From the human T2T-CHM13v2.0 reference genome, Homo sapiens: 64,000 nt of DNA. Below are positions 27,899 through 42,585 of this stretch, piece by piece. Each line of letters begins with the position of its first letter. The first letter of the stretch is position 1. The notes under the pieces are model-generated. The model searched no databases. It was not told the origin of the DNA and saw only the letters and a program-made list of their open reading frames with translations. Where the stretch lies: the NCBI RefSeq assembly GCF_009914755.1, contig NC_060947.1; one strand, given 5' to 3'. A program made the translations under genes and the position numbers.

Positions 27899-30800
27899 GA
27901 ACCTGGCAGGACTTCATCAACAATTTCATCCAGCCTCAAAAATTCCCATAGATGAGAGACCCCAGGCTGCTGCCATCAGCCCATGCTATTAAAGTCTTTA
28001 ATGACAGTGCCCCTGACTTCTCTCAGGTTCTCTCATTTTGGGTTGGAGGTGTCCTTGAGACATCCAGGAGAAGCTATCCCATAGAGAGCTGAATGGGTGG
28101 AAGGTGTTGCCAGTGTGGGGTGTTTGAATCAGTGATTTTAGAAGGGGCAGTTTCCAGTGGTTGGTGAGAGCACTGGCCCTGGCGGGAGGAGCTGACTGGG
28201 GATAAAGATATAGAGACTTCCTCATTGGCTTTGAACTGGAAGGCCTTGTGAGGCCAGGTAGTTGCTGGGAGCCTCCTAGGCTTGATAAATTCCTAACCTG
28301 ATGCTGGGACCTAGGGTGGAGCTGCAGACTCTGACTGAGGTGCGGGAGGCTTTATTCAGAATAGCAAAGGTCTGAAGTCAGAGGGCAGTAGCCACAGGGA
28401 TGGGTGGAGAGGGGGCACACTGCATACTAGCTGGCATGAACTTCATGGGACAGGCTTTACATGGAGATTGAGGAGTGATGGGGAAAACATAAGGAAAAAA
28501 TGCAAAAAAAAAAGTTATGGTCATGTTATTTTATTTATTTATTTGTACCCTGCCTCATTCCAAAAGAGGACTTGAGACAGGGATTAGTAACTGGTACTAT
28601 GACACATTGTTTGGAATATATTCTTCTGTCCTCTTGTGGACACTGTTAAATTAAGTAGTAACATTATATAAAAGCTCTCTGGCCTAGGACATGCAATCCA
28701 ATCAGTTCTTAATGGTTACAAAATATTACAAAACTTATTTGTAAATGTATTCCATTATAAACACAATTATCAATCGCATTCCCAGAAAAAATAATCTGTG
28801 TATGATCATGTATTTCATAGAACAGCATAGAGTTATCAATGGCCAAAAACAGGTTCAAAAGGTATAGAAATAACCTATGTAATTCTGTCTTGAGTGATGG
28901 CCTCTAAAGCATGTACTGTACTTTTAAAAACTTGTGCTCTGTACTGTTTAAAAAAGGTGTCACATCAAGTGTTGTAGCAATCTGTCCCCTTGCCTGTGAA
29001 TGTCCATATTTTAGGTTTTCACCTGTTCCTTGGATCCTCTGTGGCCACATTCTGCTGCCTGTTGGCCAGATGCTGCCCAGCCAGATTCAATAACAGATCA
29101 GACAACCTGGGTTTGAGATCCTAGTTCACCACTTTCTGGCCATGTGATCTTGGACTTTCATTTACTCCTGCTGGGCAGGTTTGCTCATGTGTAAAATAGC
29201 AGAGAGTCCCTCTATCTTTAGTTTTCCCAAAGATTGAGTCCACTTTGGATATGCACAGTGTGGCCCTTAATAAGCAGCTGCATCTGTCTCCTCCCCTAAC
29301 CCCAGACACGCAGGCAGGCTTCCCCAGGGTACATCTGGGTCTGGTTCTCAGGTTACTGTTGGGCACTTGGGCCACTGGCTGTGAGAGTGACATCCTGCTG
29401 AGCCCTATGGAGAGACAGGAGAGTGCCCAGCAGAGGAAGGAGACAGCGGAAGAGGGACACGAGCCAGGCAGTCCCCACTCTGGTGTCCCTTTTTCTCCTC
29501 CTGCCTTGTGACTCGCCCTCTCTCTGCCTCTGTCTAAGCAGAAGGACCCAGCTTGGCCTTTGGCTAATTCACAGGAGTGTCCTGAGAATGAAGGAAATAG
29601 CGGTTATGTGTTTAAAAACTGGGCTGTGAGAAACCCATGTCCTGGACACAAAGATGTTTCACTTCGGCCAGGGGAGGGGGTGCTGCTGTTGCCATGAAGT
29701 GATGAGCTGAAGGAGACTCCCCACCTGAAGCTGCTGGAGAGAGGCCTGCTTGCAGCTCAAATGCACAGAAGAGGAAGCGAGCAGCTGGGCTAAGGCTGGG
29801 AGTGCTCCACGGCGCTCCCTAAGGAATCATGCAGTGGTGGGGTGGGCAGCTTGACAATGAGGTGCCTGGAAATATGAGGTTCAGTGGACATGATATGGCA
29901 AGAAAGACTTCTGGGATTTAGACAAGCACATCTTCCACATGGCCCTAAGGACAACCCTGACAGTACTAATCTCTAATATATTATTTCCTAAAGCGCAGTC
30001 TACAAAGTGGCATCTTACAACTCAATCTGGATGGCAGATAGGTTTGCTAGTTCTAAGCAGACATCTTAAAAGAAAATTAATGAGCTGGTAGCATTTGAAA
30101 ATCAATAACATTTTACCTGAAAGTCTGGATTTCTGGCTCTCTTGAGAAGTAAAAAGGAGGGTACACATGATTACAGTCACATAGAGATGACTAGCTACTG
30201 CACCATGAAGACTGGGCCTCTGGTTTGCCACATTCCTTCCACACTCTTCCCTATAAAGTCCCATATCTGATTCACTTCATTAATTTATAGTAGTTGTCTG
30301 ATTAATAGAGATACTTGAGTTTGTTACTCTCACTACAAGTTAATTCTAAGTTCACAGTACTCAGAACAATCAATCTCATTTAATGAAGTAGTATATTGTG
30401 CATTGCTTCTCAAAATATCATTGGGGTAGGACCAGTAGTAGCAAACTTCCTTGTTTTTCTTGTTCCAGTAAATTGTGAACTGATATGTGGTTGTATTACT
30501 AGTATGCCACTCATATTTGACTTGTCATTTGAGTTTAACAACTGCACTGGTATATACCTTGTTCAAAAAGTGAGCCCACTAATTTAAATGTTGTGGCTAA
30601 ATCAGATGCTATACAGATTCCTAAATGCCAGCTCTCAATGTCCATACTTATCATAACTGACTGGTAACAGATATTTCATTGTACCAGTCCTCAAACTTTT
30701 TAGATTTAGATTTAGATTTTAAATCTAATGAAAAGCAGTAAACAGGACCTACAGTTGGTATTGTTTCTCCTTCAGAGTCTTCATGAAAACAGATTTATCC

Positions 30801-31825
30801 TTCTTATATTTAGGACTTTAGCATAATACTGGTGAAAATGTTGCTGAACTACTTCTGTTAAAGCAAAAGATATTAAGGAAACCAATTAGCATCAGTGGGG
30901 CATGTTAGATGCGGCAGATGTGAGATTGTTGAGTTCTGAAATGTAGGATAAAAAGAATTCACCAAGGCAACTGTGAAAGGGAGTCTTCATGAAAGGAGAG
31001 GCAGAACTGGGTTCTGGTCTCCTACAGTGTAGTTTACTTGGGGACCCATCAGTTTCCAGTGAGAAAAATGGAAAAATTATTTCAAAACTCAGCTAGAGAT
31101 GTGTACTTATGACTGTGCTCTTTTCCTAACAAAATAGTTCTATGGAAAATGGGTAAATAGGGTTCAGAGTACAGGGTCTCCATTTTACAGCTGAGGCCAC
31201 TGAGGCCCAGTGATAGTAATCAGCTCTTATAAAGTCACATGGTGAGTGGGCAGCACAGTAGAATGATGGCCTGGCCTTCCTTACCTGTTATTGGGGCTCT
31301 TTCCTCTATTGTATCCTGAAAAAGGGGTCTCAAAAGAGAAAGTGTTTAATGTTCTCCTCTGAGAAAAAGAAGCTAAAGTCTTCAATACCAAGGTGTTAGG
31401 GTCTCTTGGATTTCTTGGGAAGCACTCAATAACTCACTCCCAAGAATATTCACTTGTGCTTTATTTGGGTAAGGCCAGACAGGTCAGGAGAAAAGTGCTG
31501 ATTTTATAGTATAGGTCTTTGGACTTTGCAAACTTAGATTTTGTTCCACTGGACATTGTATTAAACTGTGTTATGAACACAAATTTGTCTCAGTTAAGGT
31601 GTTCTGGAAATTCTGACTCTGTCCACTAACCATTATCTTAAATGTGGTGATGTGATGTCATGAGAAGCCTGTGTTCAGGAGCCTAGTCTTTGAAGTACCT
31701 GAGGTAGTGACGTTTTTCATGGTGCTCTAAGACAATCCTTCTTTGCTGAAGACAAAATCTCCCTCCTGTAGCTGATTGTAGGGTCATTAGGGAAACATCA
31801 GTGTAAATAAAAAACTATCTGGAGA

Positions 31826-32420
<595 letters not shown>

Positions 32421-32737
32421 GTATCTGGAGATGATAGACACTTAAAGTGCCTGTGGTTCACTTATGACTTGTGATAAAGTGAAAAGTCTAGTGGAAGTAC
32501 ATAACAAACATAATACAACTGAAGAAGAAATTGTGACATACAAAATAAGATAATAAAGCCAATGTAAAAAAGTTTTGAACAAAACATATGTAAGCATAAT
32601 GATTAATCCTATTTTGAAGTAAGTCTACAGTAGATTCTAGACATCTGTATTTTACTATACCTCCATAAAAAGATTTGATGTGTATCCTCAATTTAAAAAG
32701 CCATGAGGGAAGATGCTTCATAAAACTTAAAAGAGAA

Positions 32738-33071
<334 letters not shown>

Positions 33072-33290
33072 TTAGAAATCTACTGAAATGATGACTGTTA
33101 ACACTATAATTTTATTGCCTAATATTATGAAGGAAAGCACCAGCAGGACTATGATCATTAGAAACATACTATGGACAGTGGGGGCACTGACAAATCTCTA
33201 GGAACTTCTCATACAATCTAGAACTTCTGAAATATTTATACTAATAATATATTTCATATTCAGATTTAATCTAGGGAAGGCTGAGTACCT

Positions 33291-33539
33291 CTTTTCTTTT
33301 TTTCTTTTTCTTTTTCTTTCTTTCTTTCTTTCTTTTTTTTTTTGAGACAGGGTCTCACTCTGTCACCCAGGATGGAGTGCAGTGGTGCAATCATGGCTCA
33401 CCGTAGCCTCAAACTCCTGGGCTCAAGCCATCCTCCCCACTGAGCCTCCCAAGTAGGTGGGAATACAGGTGCACACTACCATGCCTGGCTGATTTTTTTT
33501 TTTTTTTGAGACAGGATCTAACTTATGTTGCCCAGGCTG
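33291..33539 (-). mobile_element. Truncated AluJ-like element
   Basis: (TTTC)n tail plus right arm and part of left arm. Confidence 0.85.
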
Positions 33540-34019
33540 AAGAACACCTCTTTTGATTTTATTTTTTTCCATGCAACTCATCAATACTAACAGCAACAAA
33601 GCTAATTTTATCTAATATCTGTCTTTTTATAAGGTGAAAGAACAAATCTTTCCTATTTTCTAGGTACTCTGTTGGAAATCTCAAAGATAAGTCTAAGTGT
33701 AAAAGATTTATAGAGTTTCATTTTATTTCATTTAAAATTTTGAATTTTATTTTGAAAGGCAAAATTGCTAGAAGATTTGAGAATTAAGTTAGGATCATGA
33801 GTGACTGAGTACATGAATGGTTGTAGCTTGGCTATCTATTAATTAAAGTGACAGTACAATGTTTAGATAAACATCCAAAAGACCTTGACACATTCTTAAT
33901 GCAAATTTTTTTTGTTTTTGAAGAGAATAATCAAGGGCATGATAAAGTCAGGGAAAAAAAGTGTTATTGTGGTAAGATGCCAAATCCCTACTTTTAGGAT
34001 AGGATTACATAGGTAATAT

Positions 34020-36145
34020 TTTAGGCTAAATTATGACCCCAAAGATATTCAGGTTCTACTCCCTGAAACCTGTGTATGTCACTTTATATCTGCAAAGGGA
34101 ACTTTGCAGATAAAGAGATTGAGGTTGGGAGATTATTGTATTGTAGGTCGTGCAGGTGGGCCCAGGACAAATGTTCTTTTTTTTTAAAATTAATTAATTA
34201 ATTAATTTTATTTTATTTTATTTTTATTGATCATTCTTGGGTGTTTCTCGCAGAGGGGGATTTGGCAGGGTCATAGGACAATAGTGGAGGGAAGGTCAGC
34301 AGATAAACAAGTGAACAAAGGTCTCTGGTTTTCCTAGGCAGAGGACCCTGCGGCCTTCTGCAGTGTTTGTGTCCCTGGGTACTTGAGATTAGGGAGTGGT
34401 GATGACTCTTAACGAGCATGCTGCCTTCAAGCATCTGTTTAACAAAGCACATCTTGCACCCCCCTTAATCCATTTAACCCTGAGTGGACACAGCACATGT
34501 TTCAGAGAGCACAGGGTTGGGGGTAAGGTCATAGACCAACAGCATCCCAAGGCAGAAGAATTTTTCTTAGTACAGAACAAAATGAAGTCTCCCATGTCTA
34601 CTTCTTTCTACACAGACACAGCAACCATCCGATTTCTCTATCTTTTCCCCACCTTTCCCCCTTTTCTATTCCACAAAACCGCCATTGTCATCATGGCCCG
34701 TTCTCAATGAGCTGTTGGGTACACCTCCCAGACGGGGTGGTGGCCGGGCAGAGGGGCTCCTCACTTCCCAGAAGGGGCGGCCGGGCAGAGGTGACCCCCA
34801 CCTCCCGGACGGGGCGGCTGGCCGGGCGGGGGCTGACCCCCCACCTCCCTCCCAGACGGGGCGGCTGGCCTGGCGGGGGCTGACCCCCACCTCCCTCCCG
34901 GACGGGGTGGCTGCCGGGCGGAGATGCTCCTCACTTCCCAGACGGGGTGGCTGCGGGTGGAGGGGCTCCTCACTTCTCAGACAGGGTGGCTGCCGGGCGC
35001 AGGGGCTCCTCACTTCTCAGACGGGGCGGCTGCCGGGCGCAGGGGCTCCTCACTTCTCAGACGGGGCGGCTGCCGGGCGGAAGGGCTCCTCACTTCTCAG
35101 ACGGGGCGGCTGCCGGGCGGAGGGGCTCCTCACTTCTCAGACGGGGCGGCCGGGCAGAGATGCTCCTCACCTCTCAGACGGGGCAGCGGGGCAGAGCCGC
35201 TCCCCACATCTCAGACAATGGGCGGCCGGGCAGAGACGCTCCTCACTTCCTAGATGGGATGGCGGCCGGGAAGAGGCGCTCCTCACTTCTCAGAGTGGGC
35301 AGCCAGGCAGAGGGGCTCCTCACATCCCAGATGATGGGCGGCCAGGCAGAGACGCTCCTCACTTCCCAGATGGGGTGGCAGCCGGGCAGAGGCTGCAATC
35401 TCGGCACTTTGGGAGGCCAAGGCAGGCGGCTGGGAGGTGGAGGTTGTAGCAAGCCAAGATCACGCCACCGCACTCCAGCCTGGGCACCATTGAGCACTGA
35501 GTGAACGAGACTCCGTCTGCAATCCCGGCCCCTCGGGAGGCCAAGGCTGGCGGATCACTCGCAGTTAGGAGCTGGAGACCAGCCCGGCCAACACAGCGAA
35601 ACCCCATCTCCACCAAAAAAATACGAAAACCAGTCAGGCGTGGCGGCGGGCGCCTGCAATCTCAGGCACTCGGCAGGCTGAGGCAGTAGAATCAGGCAGG
35701 GAGGTTGCAGTGAGCCGAGATGGCAGCAGTACAGTCCAGCTTCGGCTCGGCATCAGAGGGAGACTGTGGAAAGAGAGGGAGAGGGAGACCGTGGGGAGAG
35801 GGAGAGGGAGAGGGCAAATGTTCTTATAAGGGAGAGGCAGCAGCAGGCTTGATCACGGAGGAAGAAGACAATGTGAGGAGTGAAACAAGATGCTGCACTG
35901 CTGGCTTTGAAGATGGAGGGAAGAGGCAGGAGCCAAGGAATGCAGTTGTAGAAGCTGGAAAAGGCAAGAAAATGGATTCTCTCCTTGATCCTCTGGAGGG
36001 AACATGCCCCTGTTGACACCTTGACTTCAGCCCAGCCAAACTGATTTCAGACTTCTGATCTCCAGAACTGTAAGACAACAAACATTTGTTGTTTTAAGCC
36101 ACTGTGTTTGTGGTAATATGTTATGGCAGTCATAGGAAACAAATT
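34020..36145 (+). mobile_element. MLT1-type LTR split by the SVA
   Basis: 5' half 34020-34178 and 3' half 35815-36145 join into a continuous MLT1-like LTR. Confidence 0.75.
34179..35814 (-). mobile_element. SVA retrotransposon, antisense to XK
   Basis: Poly-T, SINE-R (~34230-34730), GC-rich VNTR (~34730-35390), Alu-like domain, short GAGAGG hexamer end; TSD CAAATGTTCTT 34168-34178 / 35815-35825. Confidence 0.97.
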
Positions 36146-36149
36146 TACG

Positions 36150-37990
36150 CCAAAAGTAATCTTTTACAACCTCTTATTAAGAACAGACCAGTACTCCAAG
36201 AAAACTCATTTTCACAGAAAAACTAATTCTAGATTTGTTTCAATGAAATATTTGCTTCTAAATAACCCACTATTTACTTTTGACAGTCTCACAAATAAAC
36301 CCATCAATACTGAGCCAGATTTGGCAAAATGTTAACACAAAATTGTGTTCCTTTCCAGACTCTTTCTGCAAACCTCCTACAACTTTCTTTATTCATTCAG
36401 GTTTTATCCTTCACCATTCTTCCTCATTCCTATCCTGGAACAAGTCATTTTTCTTTAGAACAGAAATATACTTTTTTGCCCATAATAAAAATTTCATTAT
36501 CTTGAGATTCCTAGTAATCTCATTCACATGTATTAATTATAACTTTTAAGCAGCCCCTTGTATTTCACAAAGAAAATGAAGGAGTAGATAATTGTGAATT
36601 TCTGTCATTTTAGCAGCCTAGCCAATCTCATGAATATACTTCACTGAGCTTTATCCAGCCACATACTTCCCTTATTTAATTCCACAGTGTGGCAGAAATG
36701 AACATGTTCATTTACAGACCCAAAGATAGAGCCTCTTTGTAGCATGTACAAATAACAAGCAATAGTGTATAAATGAAAACTGTACTTACTAATAAATTTT
36801 TCAGTATTCTATCTTACTTAGAAATGATCTAGAAAGCCAGTGAATGGCCAAGATCTTCAGTTATCTAAAGATTTTGGAAATGCTCTTCAGGGTAACATAC
36901 TACACAACCTCATTACTATGGAACTATAAATTTATCAGAACAATGATTCAAGTTGCTTAAAAATAGATTTAAGTTTTTAAATTATTTTAAATATTTAACA
37001 GGAGTAAGTCTAGCTCATTTGATCAAAAAGCTGTATAAGTTTAGGAGAAACATACTCAAGAGTATAAAAATATATGCTTGTATTAAATATGACACTGATA
37101 AATCAGAGATGTTTACATTAAACTCAAAGTCTTAAACTAGTCTTATTTGCCAAAGAGTTACATAAATTATAGAAGTCTGAATTCTTAAAATGGTTTTGAG
37201 TTGGTTTCTAGGATAATACATTTTTTAAACTAGCACATTTAAAAATCAATAGTACAATTTCCGTATTTTAGGAAATTCTAGTTATATTCAATTTATATAA
37301 GCAGTTATTTTTCTGGATATGCCAATCAGAATAGAACTCTTTTAATTTGGGAGAGTTTATAATCTAATATATTAGTACTGTGCATAGGTAGGAAAACATT
37401 ACACACTCGTACAATCAGAGGTGAGGATATTACAGACATATAGACATACAGATAGAGAGAAATAGAGTTTGTAGCTTCAATTCTTCAATTTCAGGCATGG
37501 ATCAAGAGTGAACACAAAATCAGAAAATCTCCTCAGTCCAGATTTTAATAGCTCTTTTCCTCTCAAAGGGCATGAAATTCTTAAGTGATTTGAGCTTAGA
37601 AAAATAAACTAACAAAAAGGATGACAAACCAGACTTTCTGTTGCCTGTCACCCAATAGGGACTAGATTTCTGTAAACCATGGATGCACTTAGATCTCCAG
37701 ATTGTTAGACCTTAAAATTGGATTTCAAACCATTTCTCTCAATAAGGGGGAGTAACTTAATGGCTTTAAGTGAACCAGAACAAAACAGAAACACAAAATT
37801 TGTAGAGAGAGGATTTCAAATGAGAAGTCGAGGGTGTCAACAAAGCTCTACTGGTGCTCTGGATTCACCTATGAGAGCGAAGAAAGGACATGCTTAGGCT
37901 TTAACTGCTCATGAGGTGCACTTCCTTGTCAGCAATGTTTACCTGACTCTTACAGGTGAATCTATTGGACATCTCATTATGACTTCCAAA
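36150..37990. mobile_element. Possible degraded ERV internal segment
   Basis: AT-rich sequence resembling non-autonomous ERV internal regions; no intact ORF. Confidence 0.3.
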
Positions 37991-38085
37991 GTTGTTAAAA
38001 TATATTTTTCAAAAGGGTAAAATTATGTTGCTCATACAGATGTGAACCTGTTGTTGTTTACTTGTAAGGAAATGAACAGATGTTA

Positions 38086-38240
<155 letters not shown>

Positions 38241-38380
38241 AGAGAACCAACAAAGGATTGTTTAGAGATATCAAAATAAGTATGTAATTGGAAACAAAAC
38301 TTCTTGTATGACATTTTGAGAGGGAAGACAGTTGAACCTGTATTGAACAATGCATTTTGCAGTATGTATCGGTGACTTGT

Positions 38381-38551
38381 CAGATAGCCTATATCCTGGA
38401 GTTGAAAAATAATAAGACCAGCAACAACAACAGGAGTTACATCGCCCCACAGAATGTGGAAATGCCGGTGCACAGGCCTGAGTGCCACCGATTCTTTAGG
38501 GGTGGGACAGTCAGTCTAATTGACATGTCCCAATTCAAGAAGAATTGCTGA
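38381..38551 (+). pseudogene. Short histone H2A variant remnant, copy 2 (C-terminal half only)
   Basis: IAYILELKNNKTSNNNRSYIAPQNVEMPVHRPECHRFFRGG...KKNC*; aligns without gaps to copy 1 over 29 codons (12 identical aa) and shares its 3' flank. Confidence 0.75.
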
Positions 38552-38769
38552 TGCCTGGGTTCCAGAGCCTGGCAGGGGTCCTCACAGCCTCATCCTTCGG
38601 CAAAACCACTCAGTTGAGGAAGCCCCATACTGTTGCCATCAGCAAATTCTCTCAAAAAGTTTAAATCCATGGATGTGTTTCTGACTCCTCTCAGTTTCTG
38701 TCATTTTTAGTTGGAGGTGTCTGTGGGGCATCTAAAAGAAGACATACCATAAAAGATTTTTAAGATTTA

Positions 38770-39300
38770 GTATGGAGGCAGGAATGGCTGTGTAGCCTGG
38801 AGAGCTACATAGGCTGATAGCAGGCTTTGGATGCTCTGAGCCGTATGTCCATGCAGCTGTGGTGAAAGATTCTGTGCACGTTGCCAATATCCTATCTCGA
38901 GCATGTGTCGCAGCACACACTGCAGTGTTTCTCTTCCTTTGTGCCTCAGGTCTTTCTCCTCTGGCAGGGAATGCAGCTCAGGTACTGATGAGAAGTGTGG
39001 GTAAGGTAATGCCCATGGGGCCACCCCCAAACTAAGGGAGATGGTAGTTGATGGATAAGACTTCAGCCTCTCTGTCCTTTAGATGGATAATTTGGGGTAC
39101 AATTTACACAATCCTTTGTGGATCTCCAGTGGGAATGAGCCCCATTTGCTATAGTGGTAACCAGTTTAAAAATGTAGTCTTGATTAGCCTTGTTTCCTCC
39201 CCTCTCCCACTTCCCACCCAACTCCTTCAATTCTGCTTTCTAGGCTTACCTCCCAAATGAACCACCTGCACCCGGATGCTTGCCTCAAGCTCTTCAGTTT
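38770..39300 (+). mobile_element. Old ERVL-type LTR (LTR16/33-like)
   Basis: 3' motif ctcccaaatgaaccacctgcacc...tgcctcaagctc. Confidence 0.5.
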
Positions 39301-42300
39301 GAGAGTAGTCATCTAAATAGAGATGATAATTTGAATCACAGTTGTCTAGGCATATGCAGCTGTGAAAAAGACAGCTAGGTTCATCCAGGGACAATTTCTG
39401 TCACAGATGATGTGACAGAATTGAAGGGTAAGCATGTTTGAGGTTTGTGCAAGAGAATGAATGAAGTTTTACACCAAGTATTCTTAGCTAGAAGTGGGAA
39501 AATAGAGGATTTATTTCACTGGAGGGTTTGGTAAAAATTAAAAAAAACAATTGTAGTAGCTCTTAGGCAAGCAAGTCAGATGGATAGAAGGTGGTGGTCA
39601 CGATAGGGTGTTTGAATTAGTGATTTCAGAGGTGTTTATTGACTCTTGGATTCCTAGGAAAGCACTCTTAATAACTCAATCCTGCAATTTCACTTCTGCT
39701 GTATTTGGGGGCAGGCTGAATAGGCTAGGATTCATAGGTCTAATTTTATACTACAGTTCTCTGAACTTTGATAACCTGATGCAATCATCTTCTATTTGAT
39801 CAGGTCGCTGCCCAGAGATCTACTTTGGCCAGACACGTTGACTAGATTCTGAAAAAACCTTACTTAATTTTTTGCTGTTTTCTGGACCAACTGTATTTTA
39901 TGAACTAATCTAATGATAATAGCTTTAATTCATATATTCTTAGAGGAATATTGTGAGGAGGGAGTTGAAGGGATAGCTTTTTATGTTTGTATGTGGTGCT
40001 TTACATGATATAAGCTTATAAACTTTTGGCACAACATCATCTGTTTTTTGCATGTGTGTACTCACACACATACACAGAAAACACAAAATTTCAGAAAGTA
40101 TGAAGGGAAATACACTGGAATATCAATTAGTTGTCCTGAGATAGCGAGAATATGGGGTACTTTTTTTCTTTCCATTTATCTGTGTTTTTCATGCTTTCAC
40201 AATGAGTGTAAGTTTTTGTTGCAATGGAGAGAGTGATTCATCATGGGCTACTCTGGGTGGCTGTGGGTCTTTGTTTTGCTCGTTTGTGCATGCCCAGTTC
40301 TGGCACATATGACCACTCAATGTAAGGTCAGTGAATATGAGTTAGGCAGGGAAGTTAAATTAATCTCAGTTTCATAGACGAAAAAAGTGAGGGTATCATT
40401 TGAGATGTTTTCATTGCAAGTGTTAGAATATGCAACTAAAAGCAATTTAAAATTGTAAAAATGTATTACTTCATATAATAAGTTCAGAGGCAGAGTGATC
40501 CTATGGTTGACTAACTTACTAGCACAACAGTGTCGAGGATCCAGGCACTTTCCATCTTTTTATCTGTCTTCCTTGGCTTCTTATTGGTGTCTCCCCTGAT
40601 GATTGCAAGAGGACCATGTATCCATTATGTATTTCTGCATAATAAACCACCATAAAACTTAGTGACTTAAAGTAATAGCAGTCGTTTCTCTTCCTTATGA
40701 TTTTGTAATTTGTGTAGGTATCTGCAGGGCTTACCTTGCTCCATGTGGCATCAGCTGAGGCAGCTTGACTAGGGGCTGGCAATTTGGTACTGTTTAATAC
40801 TGGTTGCTTAGCTGGGACTGAGGGCTGGAGGCCTTGGTTGTTTTCCATGTGGACCTCTCTTGGCTTTTTTACAACATGGAAGCTAGATCTTAAGAGTGAG
40901 GATTCCAAGAGACATGAAGGAGAAGTTTTCAGTGTCTTAATATGTTGTCCTGGAAACCAGAATCATTTTTGCTTGATCCTATTAGGAGTCACATGATCTC
41001 AGATTCAAGAAGAGAAGATATAGACCCTACTTGTTGATAGGTGGTATTTCATAGGACTTCAGGAGCCATGTTTTAACACATCTACAGGTAGTTTTAGGTC
41101 TAGACATTACATGCAGACATGATGAAGAGGGAGGTTTCTTCCTGTGTACTTCTTTTTACTGAGGAAGAATGCCTCTTTTTTTTTTTTTAACATAATTCTA
41201 TTCAGTTTCCGTTAGCCAAGATTGGGTCACATGTCCATGCCAAACCAATCTCTAGGTACAGGAATAGAAAACGAAGTTACAGATTTCTCTGAGGTGTAGA
41301 TATCCTTGACCCTACAGAACAGCTGGGCAAGGCCTGGAATGGATAGACCAGCTTCATCCTCTTAACCCAATGAATACTAATTACAAATAGTATAATTTTT
41401 GTATTTGTCTGTGACAGAGAATAAGTTAGGAGACTGGTCTATACTAATCTTTATTTACTCCAGTGGTCAAACCTGGGATCATCTTCCTTGAACACATGGA
41501 AGGGTGAGCAGTACCTAATCAGAATTAGAGTTCTGCCTTTAAGGAAGAAGAGAGGAAGGATACCAATTAAGTTGGAGACCCACAGTATCTGCAACACTGA
41601 GGTTTAGGAAGTTTAAGGGCCCAAAGCCAAGACTAAGACCCAGTTTTTGGACACTTGACCCAATGTTAGTTGTTTTAACCAACACTGCTTCTCATGGAGT
41701 TGGAGAATGTTAGAGGTAGAAGGGACCTAAGAGATCATCATGTTTGATTTTGCACACTCTGTAGAAACCACTTATTCAGTGTCCCTGAAAGGTATTCCAC
41801 CAGCCTCTGCTTGATTATATTCAGCAGTGGAGCTGTCAGTATTCAAAAGACACTTCTATTGGTGAAGTACTCCTTGTTAGAAATTATTTCTTATATAATA
41901 AGAAATTAAGTGGGACTTTTCCTTTTCCTGCAGAAATGACATCTGGCCCATGTGCTGAATATATTACATTCAGAAAAAAAAAGCCACTAAGGACTGGCCA
42001 GTCTTCTTCTTTCAGAATTTTCTGAGAGTGACAAACTAACACTACCACAGTCAACCTCACATACCCCTACCTTCCAATTCTAAAAGGACTTACCTGGGGA
42101 GAAAGGGCAGAAGAGAATAGGATCTTCTGTAACTTATTTATGGTGAGAGGTTACTTCCTCCCTTCCAGAAGCCACTTAAAATAGAATTTCAAGATGAAGG
42201 GTGCTAGCAACAAGGGTAGCCAAGCCACTCCCTGGCTTACGAAGCTGGGAACCCATAGGCCTATCTAACAGTTGCTCACCTTCCTTAGAGATAGCTTGTT

Positions 42301-42585
42301 GTGTGTACCCTGGAGTTTAGGAGTATTTATAAGCATAGCGACTGAGGCCTGCTTTTCATTTGTAGATTCCTGAAGGAGGGAGACTTGAGGGAATAGCCTG
42401 GAGTGAATAAAGACTGTGGTGCCATATGCCTGGAAAGGGGGTGAGAGGTCTCTGCTGTATCAGCTAGCTATTGCTGAAAAACAAACCACCAAAGACTTAA
42501 TGGTTTAAATAACACATTTATTGTTGCTCAATCGTCTACAGCCCTGTTGGTGTGTTAGGATTCTCTAGAAAAGCATTATATAGGT

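Noticed and set aside
29245-29880. GC-richer stretch with 68-90 aa ORFs
   Set aside because: No convincing exon structure or homology recognisable by eye
34231-36081. Long ORFs (up to 254 aa) and CRISPR-like periodicity
   Set aside because: SVA VNTR tandem units with no unique spacers; ORFs are repeat artefacts
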